Positions 47,464-59,943 of a stretch of DNA of 64,000 nucleotides are shown here, piece by piece; positions within the stretch are counted from its first letter, which is position 1; each line of letters begins with the position of its first letter. The stretch is from positions 186,001 to 250,000 of the forward strand of contig BAAIJX010000024.1 in the NCBI GenBank assembly GCA_054600435.1. The letters run 5' to 3'. The position numbers and the translations under genes were made by a program. The notes beneath the pieces were generated by a model. It was not told the origin of the DNA. It saw only the letters and a list, made by a program, of their open reading frames with translations, and ran no database searches. This stretch comes from Neophaeotheca triangularis (lineage: Eukaryota).

Positions 47464-48805
47464 ATACCTCCGCGTGTTAGTAAGCGTCCGAAGGCGCTAG
47501 TCGACTATAGCGTTAGCGCTATAGCCGTTAACAGTAAGGGTACCTTTACTATAGATAGCGCGATTGTCGCTAAGGGAGTCTTTATGACTAAGGGCCGCTG
47601 TCGGATCGCCGCTAGTAGCTTTACGGAGGGGGAGTTAAAGGATCTAGTTAACGAGTCGAAGTCTACTAAGAAGGGTTTAAAGTCGGAGGGTATTAGTACG
47701 AAGCGCGCTACGGCCGTTAAGGGTACGGGCTCGAAACGTAAGCGTGCTAAGGGTAATAATAGTAAGGAGAGTAGGTCTAATAAGGGTACGCCGGCGTTCT
47801 ATCGCTTCGCCGACATCGATAAGGGTAAGGAGCTTACTCCTATCGATGTTAATCGCCCTCGTTATTCGCGCTACATTAAGGAGCTCTTAAGTAACGTTCT
47901 CGATAGGTCCGTCGACTTTTGTCCTATTATGTAAGACAGTGCCTTCCGCGACCGGATCGGTATACAATACCTACTTTAACGCGAAGTAATCGTACATCGA
48001 GGTAAGCCCGCTATGGCTCCGTCGTCGTTACGAGTTTTCACTAACGTCTCTTTAGATTATTCCCGACCTCGCTAGCTAGCGCCTCTACTATGTCTAGATA
48101 AACTATACCGCTATACTCTGTCGCGCTAACCGTGCCGGTAGTTCCGACGCTGATTCGCCGATATACCTTAAGGTCTTAGAAGTCGACGCTAAGGTCTCCT
48201 AGTACTTCTACAAGAATAACCGCGCCGTTATCCTAACGGGGGGCCTTCGTCGTTCCGGTCCTAATAACGATAAGATCTTGACTCCGTACGACATAGCACG
48301 CCTAATCACGGATTAAACTCGCGACTTCGCCACGATCGTTACCGATACTATCGAGAGACTTGTCGCTGTCTACCGCACGGAAATGTCCGTGCTTATCGGC
48401 GAGATGTCTAGCTACCGTCGCGCCGCGTCTTCTTCTTCGCTACTACGCGAGACTCCTAGTCTTAGTGAGTCGCCGCCTTACGATAAGACCGTTAGTACGC
48501 TAGCGCTAGTAGTAGCTCCTAAGGTACTAGCGGTAGAGACTAAGGGTCTAGTTCGGAAGAGTAGTAGGGGCGACGCCGGTACGCCGCTAGAGGTATCTTC
48601 TAGGGAAAGCTCTTCTTCGTTAGAGTCGGATAAGGAGGATAAGGCTCTAAAGAAGCCTTCTAGTATCTTAGGCTTCCTTAGGATACGCCGTAGGGACGAT
48701 ACCGCTCCGTCGGCGGGAGAGAATGCGGAGAAGTCTGTTAGTGCTAAAGATTAGCTACAGGCTAATATTGCTAATGTTACGAAGGAGTTAGACACTAGGG
48801 CTTAA
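47464..48805 (+). pseudogene. Extra antisense, spliced gene inside the retrotransposon encoding a putative six-Cys Zn-cluster-like protein; intron 48002-48055
   Basis: ATA(ATG) CCT CCG CGT start in frame with track ORF 47584-47934. A 1-nt frameshift in the T run near 47917-47920 and a GTAAGC..CTAAC..TTTAG intron join it in frame to track ORF 48383-48754. Confidence 0.7.
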
Positions 48806-48880
48806 GCGTTTGTCTAATCATTTGCGTACTCTCTATAAGCGCTATTATCCTGTCGCTAGCCCGTCCGTAGTAGCTATTAA

Positions 48881-51800
48881 TTAAGAAGCTTGTGTACTAC
48901 GTCCTTTTCCTACAGTTTTCTTCTTTTTCCCTAGCTATGTATTCTTAACATTCTTCTTCTTCGGGCTTTATGTTTTCTTTCCACGCTTCTTTTTCGCGCC
49001 GCCGTAGGTCCGCTAGTGTTACTTGAAGTCTACTATCGCTTCTTTCGCGTTGTTTAGATACTTCTCTTTCTCCTAGATACCCTCTTCTATTAGCTAATCT
49101 TTCTAAAGAACCTAGTACATCTTGTCGCCGTCGTCGTCGAGACCGGATACCGTTATTTCGTCGACAACCTATTCGCTACCTCCGTCGACTTCTCGCTCTA
49201 CTAGTAGTACAAAGTCGGCGCGTCGGTAGTATGGTTCGAGGAGAGAGACGTAGAAGATGTTATAGGTCTTTCTAAGGTATAGAGGTAGGGCTAATCGGTA
49301 TACTTGTTTTCCGACCCTTACGATAACTCGAAAGGGCCCTACATAACGCGAGGAGTACTTTTTAGTTAGTCCTAACGTTTTCAGGTTTTTCGCGGAAATA
49401 AGAACCTCGTCGTCGACACTAAATACCATAGGATCGTGTTTTCGGTCGTAGTATTCCGCCTACTTGCTAACGGCGTGCCGAATGTTCTCCTCGACGACTT
49501 CGCGAATTGCTTTCTAGTTCTTAGTTCTTTCTTAGAGGTCGGGGATTGTCGGTTTGCTGCCTCCCTCTCTAACGGCGTTATCCGTAATGCCGCTAGGCCG
49601 TTAGGGCTCCGCCCCGTAGATAGTAGAGAATGGCGACACTTTAGTCGATACGCTTACGCTATTATTATAGGCGAATTCAGCCTATACGAGGTAATAAGGC
49701 TAATCTGTTTGTGTAAAGTTAACAAAACATCGTAGGTACTATTCTATTATTTAGTTTTGCCTCTCCGTCTACCCGTTAGACTAAGGGTAGTACGCCGTCG
49801 ATAACTTGCGCTCGGTTTTCTAATACCGAAGGAGCTCTATCTAAAACGCGGAGGTGAATATACTACCTCTATTAGTTATAATCGATTTTGGCTTACCGAA
49901 CTTAGTAAGAATTTCGTGCTCGAAAATATCGGCTAGCTAGCGGGCCCCTATCGCTTCGCTAATAGGGATATACCTTACGAACTTTAAGAAGCGGTTAACA
50001 ATAACTAACACAGAATCGACTGTTTCGCCCTTATATGTCTCTACGACAGGCAACTTAACTACCATGTCTATAGACTAATGCTTAAAGATCTTATTAGTAC
50101 CCGGAACCCTTAGCGATTATAGTGCGCCGTAGGGCCGGTAGCAGCGCGACTTATGTCTTTAGTAGGTGTCATACCTAAGGACATACTCTTCGACATCCTT
50201 AGTCCACTTAGGCTACTAAAACTCCTTGTAGAAGACGGCTTTAGTCTTCCCTACTCCTAGGTGTCCTACTAATAGGTCCTCGTAGTAGTAGCTTAGCACG
50301 GCGGCCCGTAGGCTTTCTACTAGCGGCATATACACCTTTCTATTAATCTTAAGAAGTCCTATAAAACTAACCGACCACATAGGCGCGGCGCCGTCGGCGT
50401 CTCCGCGGTACTATCCCTCGTCGATCTCTTTACGAATGCGTTTAGTAAAGGGGTCTCCCTACTATACGCGTAACATATCCGCTCTAAGGTCGATTCGGTC
50501 TACCGCTACGTTAGGCTCTCTAGTGTCTAGCTCGGTAATAGCGAGTATACCTAGCTGCTTACCTACGGGGTTATAATAGGTCGGCGCTACTATAGCGATA
50601 GAGCTAGTCGGGTTTAGTTTACCTCCCCCTTAGAGCGTTCGCTTAGTATACATAGTATCATTACTCTAAAGCTTATTGTTTAGAGGACCGGTGTCTCCGG
50701 CAGCTATCGTGTAGCCCGCCGGCGAGGCGGCTAACGCCCGGTAGTTTACCGGCGCTATATACCCTAGCGACATAGATAGGATCTCTACTCTATCTTCGGC
50801 GGCCGTCTTACGGCTACTCGCCGGAACTTCGGCGGCCTTATAGTAGCCCGCTAGGGGAGCGAAAAGCCTAGTTAATGTAGGTAGTATCTCCGCCCTACTT
50901 AATTCTCTATCGGCCTCTATGTTAGGATAGCGCGAGAGCCCGTCTACTCTAGGGTTTGATTTACCTTCACGGTATATAATCTCGATATCGTATTACGATA
51001 GCTCTTCCGTAGCGCGCGCTTAGCGGCCTAACAATTTCTTTGTCGATAGGAAGTACTTTAGATTGTTATGATCTATAAGCACCTAAACTTTACTCTTAGC
51101 TAACAATATGTAGTGCCGCTATTAGCGCGTCGCCTCGACGATAGCGAGCAGTTCCTAATCGTGTACTAGATATCGCAACTCTAGCCCTTTAAGCTTCTTA
51201 GAGTAATATGCGACTAGATGCTATAGCGTGTCCGAGTGCTTCTACGCGAGTATACCTCCTAATGCGTATCCTAATGTATCGGTCTTAAGGCAGGTCTCTA
51301 GCGTAGCGTTAAAGTGCCGTAGTACTAGTGCTAAAATGAAGCTGTACTTTAACCTTTTAAAGGATTTTTAGGCATCTTTACCTAGTAGCTACCATTTACC
51401 GCCGCTATGCCGTAGGCAGTCCGTAAGGGGAGCGGTGATCTTTATATATCCCTCGATAAAGCGACGATAGAAATTCGCGAATCCTAGGAACACTTAGAGT
51501 TCTTTTAAGGACTTTAGTATCGGCTAATCTTGTACTACGGCTACCTATAGGGGCTCTATCGCTACTCTAGTAGAGTTAATAACGAAACTAAGGAATCTAA
51601 TCTCTCGGACCATGAACTCGCATTTCTCGAGGCTAGTATACAGCTTAGCGTCGGCGAGCCGACGGTAGACCGCTCGAACGTGTTCGTAGTGTTCTGCTTT
51701 AGTGCGGGAGTAGATAAGAACGTTATCTATGTATACTACGTAGTAGTAGTTAACTAGCTCTATGAGCACCTTATTAATAAAGGCCTAAAACGATGCCGGT

Positions 51801-52872
51801 ACATTAGCGAGTCCGAAAGGCATGACCTTGTATTAGAAATAGCCGTACTAATAGCAGAACGCCGTCTTCTACTCGTCGCCCTAGGCGATACGTAAACGGT
51901 AGTATGCCTCGACTAAATCGATTTTCGAAAACCACGTTGATCCGCGGACTCTATCTAAGAGTTCACTAATAAGCGGTAAAGGATACTTGTTTTTAATGGT
52001 GATTTCGTTTAAGCCTCGGTAATCGACGCACATTCGAAGTTTGCCGTTTTTCTTCTTAACGAATAGTAACAGTACGCTAGCGGGGCTAGTACTAGGCTTA
52101 ATGCGGTCCGTTACGAGCAGGTTATTAATCTATGACTACATTTCCTCGAGCTCTAGCTTAGAATATAGGTAGATTAGTCTACTAGGAGGGTTTTTTCCTT
52201 CGACTAGTTCGACATAGTAGTTATAAAGCATATACGGAGGTAACTCTTTCGCCTTCTCCGATTCAAACACCTCGGCGTACTCCGCTAACCACTTAGGCAC
52301 CCGCGGCTCCGCCGGGGTCCCGCGTAGGTCTTCTACGCTAACGGCGAGGATAGATGCTCTACTGTTAATATCTCGGGCTAGTTCTTTAGCCTCGATGATT
52401 TCGACTTCTTCTTTATTATACACGCCGCCATAGCGCTACTACACTAGCGGCGACGCGAAATCGAGCTATGCTTTTACGGATCGGATCTAAGGCATTCTAA
52501 GAATCATTTCGTAATCCTTCTAGTTCACTACTTCGAACATCTACAGGATAGTCTAAACTATACCGTCTAAATTAGCGACTGTAGTATAGAGTCGACATCA
52601 GCCTACTATTAGGGCTTCGACGTCGCCGAAGGCTCGTAGCCTGCGAATCCGGTCACCCTTTATCGGCAGGTTATACCGGACCGCGATGTCTTCCGAGATG
52701 ACATTATAATGCGCTCCCGTGTCGATAAGCCCGTAGGCCTCGAAGCGTAGCCCGTTACGGGTACGATCGTATATCTTTACGATAGCCTATAGGCGCTCTG
52801 TTAACGCACTGCCTACTTGCCGCCCTAAGCCTTTAAGGCTAATAATTAAATGGCCTAGGGCTAAGCTTTTCC
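48881..52872 (-). pseudogene. pol: gypsy pol (protease, reverse transcriptase, RNase H, integrase, chromodomain)
   Basis: AYGLIDTGAHYNVIS (protease); [27 protein letters not shown] and YIDN (from YIDD) in RT; integrase C-terminus SRYVGPFRV..VYRLALP..FYVSLLEPY followed by a chromodomain-like segment. Confidence 0.93.
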
Positions 52873-54018
52873 CTTTCGGCAATTTTCTTGCTAGTAGCCT
52901 TTATTACTACACTTAAAACAAAGGTTTTCTTCGAGGGCTTTGTTGTTTCGTTCGCCACTATTAGTCGTACCCGTGCGGTTCACGCCGGTTACTAGTATTC
53001 TATCGGTACGCTAGCGGCGCGGTTTAGAGTTATTATCGCTTATGCTCTAGTTTTGTTCTCTTTTCCTATAGCTAGAACCTCTTAAGTCGGTCTTACGTAG
53101 CTTGTCCGCTATCTCGCCTCTAGCGTCCTAGCCGCCGCGGCTAGTATCGTCGAGGCGCGTGTAAAGCGCGACGAGGTTATGCCGGTTGTCCGGCACCGTC
53201 GGCTAGGTATTTAGCTTAGCCTTAAGATTTTCCTATAGACCTGTCTTAATAAGGGTAAGGAGCGTATACTCTAGTAGCGGGGCGACGTCGGCCTCGCGGA
53301 GGGAGTCTTCGACATACGAGAGGTAGTCGTGAATAGATTAGGTCGCTCCCTAAACATGTCTAAAACCTCGGAACGCTATATTTATGGCGCGGTTTTCGGG
53401 GTCGAGGATCTAATCTAGTAGCTATTCTTTAAACATAGGCTATTTTATCTCTTCGCGTTCGAGTCGTGATTCTTTACTCTCCTAGTTCTAGCCGACGCGG
53501 CCGTATAGGCGGCCCGCGGCATACTAGACACGCTCGTACTAATAAAAGTAAACATAAGGGTATGTCTTAAACACACGCTCGCATTACTAGATAAACGTCT
53601 GTGCTTTTAGGAGATTAGGATAACTCCTATAAACCGTTAGTTCGGCCGAGCGAAAAGCTTTCTCGATATCGATATGAGCCTTTCGCTCCTTTATCGTTAC
53701 GCCGGCAGGTAGATCTTTGTCTACCGTCTACTTACGTGCTACTAGGGTAGGGGCAATGTCCGCTAGGTCCTCCGGTTCGATATGTCCTCTTTCGGACTCG
53801 TCGTAGGGGACTATCGCTCTATCGGCGGCTCGCTAAATAGGCGCTATACGCTCTACTAATTGCTGTCGGAGTTCCGTAATAGCGGTAGTAAGGACTGTGT
53901 ATTAGTCCGTCGCCGCCTCTTCTTGTTCTTATAGGGTGTTGACTCCGGTTATAGTGTTAGGGGAGTCCGCTAGGTTAGCGTCGTTAACCCGAGGGCGTAG
54001 CGAGCGCGATAGTGCTAT
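52861..54018 (-). pseudogene. gag: gypsy gag with C-terminal CCHC zinc knuckle
   Basis: 386-codon frame from ATA(ATG) at 54018 ending LCFKCSNKG(H>Y)(W>*)QENCRKGKA*. Confidence 0.85.
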
Positions 54019-54067
54019 AATGTCCGAGCGAATCTTAACCTGAAAAGGTTCTAAGATCGAATAGAAT

Positions 54068-54290
54068 TATAAGACCGAGACTATAACTCGGTTAGGATTA
54101 TAGCGGAGCGAGAGCGGAGCGTAATAATAGTAATAACAGTAACAGTCCTTTGATATAGAAACTATTCGATAGTAGACAGGATACTTCACTATTAGCTATC
54201 TTATATACTTTCGCAGTGTGTACGCTTAGTACTCCCGAGCTGCTCCGCAGCTTAGGCCGCCGATGTCCCGCTAGCGCTACGGTCGTGATA
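54068..54290 (-). repeat. 5' LTR (223 bp)
   Basis: Partner of 46527-46749; followed by AAAGC. Confidence 0.97.
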
Positions 54291-54589
54291 AAAGCGTAAT
54301 AGCCGAGAAGTTAGTATACATTTATCGGCTACTTATATATAATGCGTAACACCTTAAATAGCTATATACGCTATATGTAGTACACGTTCTTTAAATATTA
54401 AACCGATAGCGATATATAGATTATGCCTTACGCTTATAGAAAGTAGCGGCGTCCGCCTACATTATGCCTACCGTTCCTATATACTTAGCCGCTATAATCG
54501 ATTAAAGAAACTATAACATTTAATTAAATAGGAGCCTATTTCTATTTATCCCTCCTCCGTTATACTAGCGTACTAACGAACAAGTCTAG

Positions 54590-55715
54590 TAGACTATACT
54601 ATCTAACGCTAATGTCCTAAGGGATATCCTACCCTTAGACCGCTTCTTCTAGTAGTAAACCCTATTAGAGTAAATGTCGCTATCGGTATACGATAGGAGG
54701 TAACGCTATAGCGATAGGGTTCTACTAGCTAACAAGATAACTACTATAGCGCTAAACGAGATAGCTATATACTATAGGCGAGGCTTCTTCTTCTACCTAC
54801 TACCTCGCGATATCTAGAGGAGAATAGTAGCTAAGAACTTCCTACTAAAGGGTAGAGTACCTCCTATACTAGGGTAAGTCGGGTACTTAACAATACGTTC
54901 TATAGTAGTATATTAGCTAATAGCTATGTAGTAGTACCTTATTCCTATAGATTATCTTTATATATTACGTTTAGGACGATACTTTACGTACTACGTTCCG
55001 TACTAAACCGTAGAGGTTACGAAATTTAAAGTATAACGCTATTATTAATCCGCCTACAAATGCGACTCCGCTATACTCGATATAGTTCGCCTCTTCTCCC
55101 TAAGTAGCTCTATATACGACACCGAACGCTTCGCTAGCCTTATTAGTAACCGAATTAAGCCTATACCTTACGGATACCGATAATTTAGCGAACGCTATCG
55201 GAAAATGGCCTAAGAAGAAGTAGATAATAGCTCTAGACATAGATAGTAAGCTAGACACTGCCCCTTACCTTTAGAACCTATCGAGCGTTACTAGTAAAAC
55301 CCGTCCTAGGCTAACGTCCCTTTAAAGTTTCGATTATCCTAGCCTTAAAGCTATCTATAAAGAGATCGTATATCGCTATACCCCGGTCTATAACGATAGC
55401 TTAAAGGCGACTCTACTTACTAGAAACCTTCGCGAGATACTTCCCTATAGAAAAGACCTAGACTATAGCTCGCCGCTTAGTATAGACGCTAAAAACGGGC
55501 TATAAGTAGTTAGGACTTCCGAGCTATAGTACTCGTAGGGTATCCGAACGCGTAGTATAGGGCGGTAACCTAAGGAGATAGTAGATAAAGAAGCGAAGGA
55601 GTAGGAGGGAAGTAGTATAGGTAGAATTAGTAGTAGAGGAGATAACGGAGTAAAGGCTACGAGTATTATGTTAATCGATCTTACTAAGGACGAGGATAAG
55701 GAAAAAGAGGTGTAA
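54590..55715 (+). pseudogene. RIP-destroyed gene of unknown function with an intron near 54874-54951
   Basis: Long frame ending ...MLIDLTKDEDKEKEV*; GTAAGT donor and GCTAAT branch retained. Start approximate. Confidence 0.5.
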
Positions 55716-55929
55716 TAATTAACTAGGGGTACCTAGGGCATACTTAAAGTATAATTCGTAGAGCTTTCTTTATACTTATACCTTACTTTATATAATGCTC
55801 GATTAAAGTTAGCTTAGTAATCTCGGACTTCCTTTAGACTATAAAAATTATAACTTCATATTACTTATCTAGGTATAGACTATAGTAACTACATCCGAGA
55901 GTTGATAAGGGGCGTTAGAACAGAAATGA

Positions 55930-56477
55930 ATAGTCTAGTTAAGCCTTATTATATAGTAGAGACGACCTATAAGGTTCTTAGCCGGATCTAGATTCACTAA
56001 TACCTATAGTTAGCTTCTTAACTCTTTAGGATTTGATTACCCTAACGAGAGATAACGTAGACTAGTACCGGGATCTTTCTTACTCGTTCGGCTACTATCG
56101 AAAAGTGATTTTAGGGCTATTCTACGCCTTAACGATATATTTAGACCTTTCTTATAGCGATATAATAGCTTTACGCGATAAGGTCTAGTAGGGCGGTTCT
56201 TAGTCCGGTTTTTATAAGCGTATATGTTATAAGGGTATAAAGCTCTAGGTCTACTACTTCGGAAGGGCTAGTTACCTAGTAAGAGGTTATAGGATGTCTA
56301 TTGTCGACGACGGAGCCGAGCTACCGACCTATAGTTCGACTACCCGTCGTTAACATAGCCTCTATATAGTAAACCGGCTTTTCGAGACTAGTTATGAATT
56401 CTAAGGCTAAACGGTTTATAGAGGGTCTATTTAATAGCTATAGCGGTCCGTTAAGTTCGTATGTCTCTATAGGCATT
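55930..56477 (-). pseudogene. RIP-destroyed gene of unknown function
   Basis: Frame MPIETYELNGPL*LLNRPSINRLALEFITSLEKPV... with only TAA/TAG interruptions; intron-like GTAATC..GCTAAC..TAG near 56040-56005. Confidence 0.4.
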
Positions 56478-56615
56478 TAGGCGTGACGTAGATACCGTAA
56501 GCCTTCGATGTTTTAGCTTACTTTACGTGTCTTACGACTAGAGTCTCGTACTATACCTAATAATATAAGAGTATACTAGTAGTATAGCTATCTGTACTAT
56601 AATCTCTAGAATACT

Positions 56616-57635
56616 ATAAAACGACGAGGTTAAAAACCCGGTATCGAGTCCTTCTAGACCTACTTCGAGATACTAATAAAGTCGAGCTCTAAAATCTTCG
56701 CTATTGTTTTAGTAGTTAGTACTAACTCGGAAACGCTTCTTAGCTATCGCGTAAACAGGTTCATTATATATAGAAACAGCGACAGTGTCGAAACCCTAAG
56801 AATTTACCTAGAGCTTCGTACGAATCTTTTAATAGGTCGCCTTAGCCTAGTCTTTAGTATACGGCGTATAGTAGACGTACGGCTCGAGCTAGGGGAAGAA
56901 TTAAACTATGGCGAAATCTATAACTATCATTTCTTTCTTACGCTTAATAAGCAAAATGGTCGTCTCTCTATTATAGACACCTCCTATAGATATACTTAGG
57001 TTAGTTATAGTCTATCGGGACCGTATATATGCCTAAGCTTGTCTACTTATAAGATCTCGGCTCCCGTTTACGTAAGACTTAGGTATAAGGTACATTACTC
57101 GATTAAAATCATTCCCACTATGCTCCCGAAATCGCCTATAGATAACGCTAATCTAGTCCGCTCGTCTATATACTTAAGTAGCGAGTAGCGGAGATCGAGC
57201 GGCGAGTAAAACTAGTAGGTCGAGCGCTATAGATCGAGTACGCGCCCCTATAAGTAGGTAGAGCGCTATAGGTCTAGTACACATTAGTATAAGTAGAGGA
57301 AACGCTATAAGTCTAGTATATACGAACCGGAGTAGTATAAGTATAGGCGCCCTAATATCGACTAAAGTAATACGCTTTAAAGATCTATACCGCCTATCCG
57401 ATAAGCCCGGCCTACGAAGAAGCTACTTTATTCTTATCTTATAGTGTTTCCGAGGTAAATTCCCCCTTTCTTAATTTGCTAGAAACCGGATATACTAATA
57501 TTAATTATAGTAATCTAGCTAGCTATTACTAACTACGGATCCGACGTCGTAATTAATACTATAGAAGGACCGGGGCTCGGGGTATAGAGCGATAAAAGAG
57601 CGGTTAGGCGGCACACTATATGTAATTCGTAGTAA
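56616..57635 (+). pseudogene. RIP-destroyed FHA-like domain gene
   Basis: LLIGR...VDVRL...HFFLTLNKQNGRLSIIDTS..T*V (about 56826-57002) follows the FHA GR/H/D-x-S pattern; intron near 57455-57510. Confidence 0.55.
57217..57322. repeat. 39-bp coding tandem repeat, about 2.7 copies
   Basis: Units begin at 57217, 57256 and 57295; each encodes ERYRSST-like peptides. Confidence 0.8.
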
Positions 57636-57699
57636 GTAAACAAATGTACATGTTATATAGCGAGCGTACTCTAATAATCATAACACCTTCCTAAACTAA

Positions 57700-59250
57700 A
57701 TAATTAGCTTTAATAGCTACGCTATAGACCGTCTAACAGCTTTACGTATAGCCTAAGTACGAGGACTAGGCTACTAAAGTTATATAGTGCTCCGAAACAA
57801 TCTAGTCGTCTATGTATAACGCTTAAATGCCCTTCTATAGAACGCATCCTTAGCTTTTAGAGGCGTTCGGCTCTCTTCTAGAGGACCGAGAATGCTTCGA
57901 GCTAGCTAGTATAGTTATACTAGAGTTTAGAGGCTCTAGTAGTAGTAATAGTCTTTAACGTAAAGACCCTGCTATTACCCGGCTCCTCGAAAGGGTTAGC
58001 CCGTACATTTAGTACTCCGTCGACGTCGCTAAAAGTTAGAGCTCTTTCGATACTAGCGAGTTCTAGGCCGAAAAAAGATTGTTCTACGAAGCGGAGATAT
58101 ATAGAGTCTACCTCCTCTTATATTATAGGCAAACCTTTACCGTAGAGGAAGAAGACTAGATTAACTAGTAGCTCGACGCCTACCCTCTAGTACTACGAAG
58201 GGCGATAATATAGTGATTTATCTTATATCTTTACTAGTAAGTTAACGAGTGTTAGCGATCCGTAGTCACTATTACTTATACTCTAGTATAGTTATCCCGA
58301 TTCTCTTAACTCGGTCGGCTAACGTACCCGTTTATAGTATTTAACGTACTAAAACTTTAAGAAGTAGAACTGTTCGGGGAGACTAAGGACGACTATCGTA
58401 AGTCGGTAGGAGGGGTAGGGCGGTAGGCCTTAGTAGCTTATAAGTTTTCGGGATAAGTAGTTAGAATAGTAGCTCGCCTCGCCGTAGCTTTACCTAGGCA
58501 ATATACGCTATTATTAATGTAAAACTCTAGTTATCGTAGTATTTAGGAGCTACGAAAAGACAGGCCCGTCGGTGTTTTAAGGTTATATTAGTTTTAGATT
58601 TATAGGAGAGACTTAGGTAGCGTTCGAAGGTTATTTGTAAACATAGTAGGCTAGTCTCTAAACTACTCCGACTCTATCCTCGACCTAATACACCTAAAGA
58701 TACTCCTATATCCTATACCTCTTATATAGTAGCTAGTATCCTTTTAAAGATTAGCATTATACCTATAGAAACCCTATAATAGCTATAAGCGTTTAGACCT
58801 ACTACCGCCCCTTTACTCTTCGTTACCTATAGTAACGCTACTTCTAGCTACTTCTACTAGAACGGTATAAGCTAAGTCTCCTAATTCGGTAGAGGCTTTA
58901 GTCTTAGGGGGTTTGTCAGTCGTAAGAGAAGCGTCTTACTTATAGTAGTAGCGATAGTACCCGAGCTCTTCGTACTTATCGACGACCTTTATATCGATTC
59001 TTAGCGACTAGTCCGAGTTAAGCTATATAGATATTTGTAGCTTTAGCGTACTACGGACATGTTAGCCGTCTTCGGTTAGCTTCTAGGTAGTAAAGACTAT
59101 AATGTTTTCGGTAGGCATTATAAGATAATTTAGTTACCTATAAAGCTAGTTAGTATAGCGGGACATCTTATGTACTTCTACCCTATTTACCTTTTAATTA
59201 CTTACGAAGTCTACTTAGTAGAGATAATAAGCCCTTACTTCCTATCGGAG
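57700..59250 (-). pseudogene. One or two RIP-destroyed genes of unknown function
   Basis: Frames such as VGVELLVNLVFFLYGKGLPII*EEVDSIYLRFVEQSFFGLELASIERAL and LRIDIKVVDKYEELGYY. Boundaries uncertain. Confidence 0.4.
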
Positions 59251-59490
59251 TAGCTATAAACCCTCTATAACTATAAAGGTAAAGGGGAGAGGGAAGGAAG
59301 TTTCCTATACGTTATAAAGGTATAGAGTAGAAAGGAGTCTTTTTCGTTATAGTAAACCACTACGACATTAGTATAATAGAAGACATATTGTAATAGCTAT
59401 TATTATTAGCGATATATATGTAAGCGACTCCCTCGCTAAATTATACGAACCTTAGTACTAAGAATTCTAGAACACTATAGTAAAATCAAA

Positions 59491-59943
59491 ATGTAAACAA
59501 TCCTACTCCTTACTATCGCTATACTCGGTTTTATTAGCATTATACTAACTATCGCTCTAGCTATACTTCGTAATATTATCTAGTTCCTTATAAACCTAAT
59601 TACCGAAACCCTAAGCCTCTACTACTACATAATCACGTAACCTAAATTCTAGGAGGGAGTCTTTAGAGTATATAACAAACTACTACAATTTAACGCGAGC
59701 TTTATCGAGCTACCCGTCCCTATCGTCGAATATGTTAAGTAGTAGTAGAGAACTAACCGTAAACCGCCCCCTAACCGTCTAAGCGCCTAATCCTAGTATT
59801 AACTACACTACGAATAGCGCCCGAGGGGACATTAGTAATTATTAGGAGGTAATAGTAAGGGTTCCTATATAGAGGAGGAATTTGTCGTTTAGGGACTTAG
59901 GGATCGGCATATAGGACGACTTAGTATCTACGAGAATGTTTAG
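59491..59943 (+). pseudogene. RIP-destroyed small protein with N-terminal hydrophobic segment
   Basis: ATG TAA(CAA) ACA ATC... translates to M(Q)TILLLTIAILGFISIILTIALAILR. Confidence 0.45.

Larger units (their letters stand above)
46527..54290 (-). mobile_element. Full-length Ty3/gypsy chromovirus-type LTR retrotransposon, RIP-inactivated, AAAGC target-site duplication
   Basis: Direct LTRs 46527-46749 and 54068-54290; AAAGC at 46522-46526 and 54291-54295; gag then PR-RT-RH-IN-chromodomain on the minus strand; polypurine tract next to the left LTR. Confidence 0.97.

Noticed and set aside
47464..48805. env-like gene in the retrotransposon
   Set aside because: It is antisense to gag-pol, contains an intron and shows no signal peptide or TM segment.
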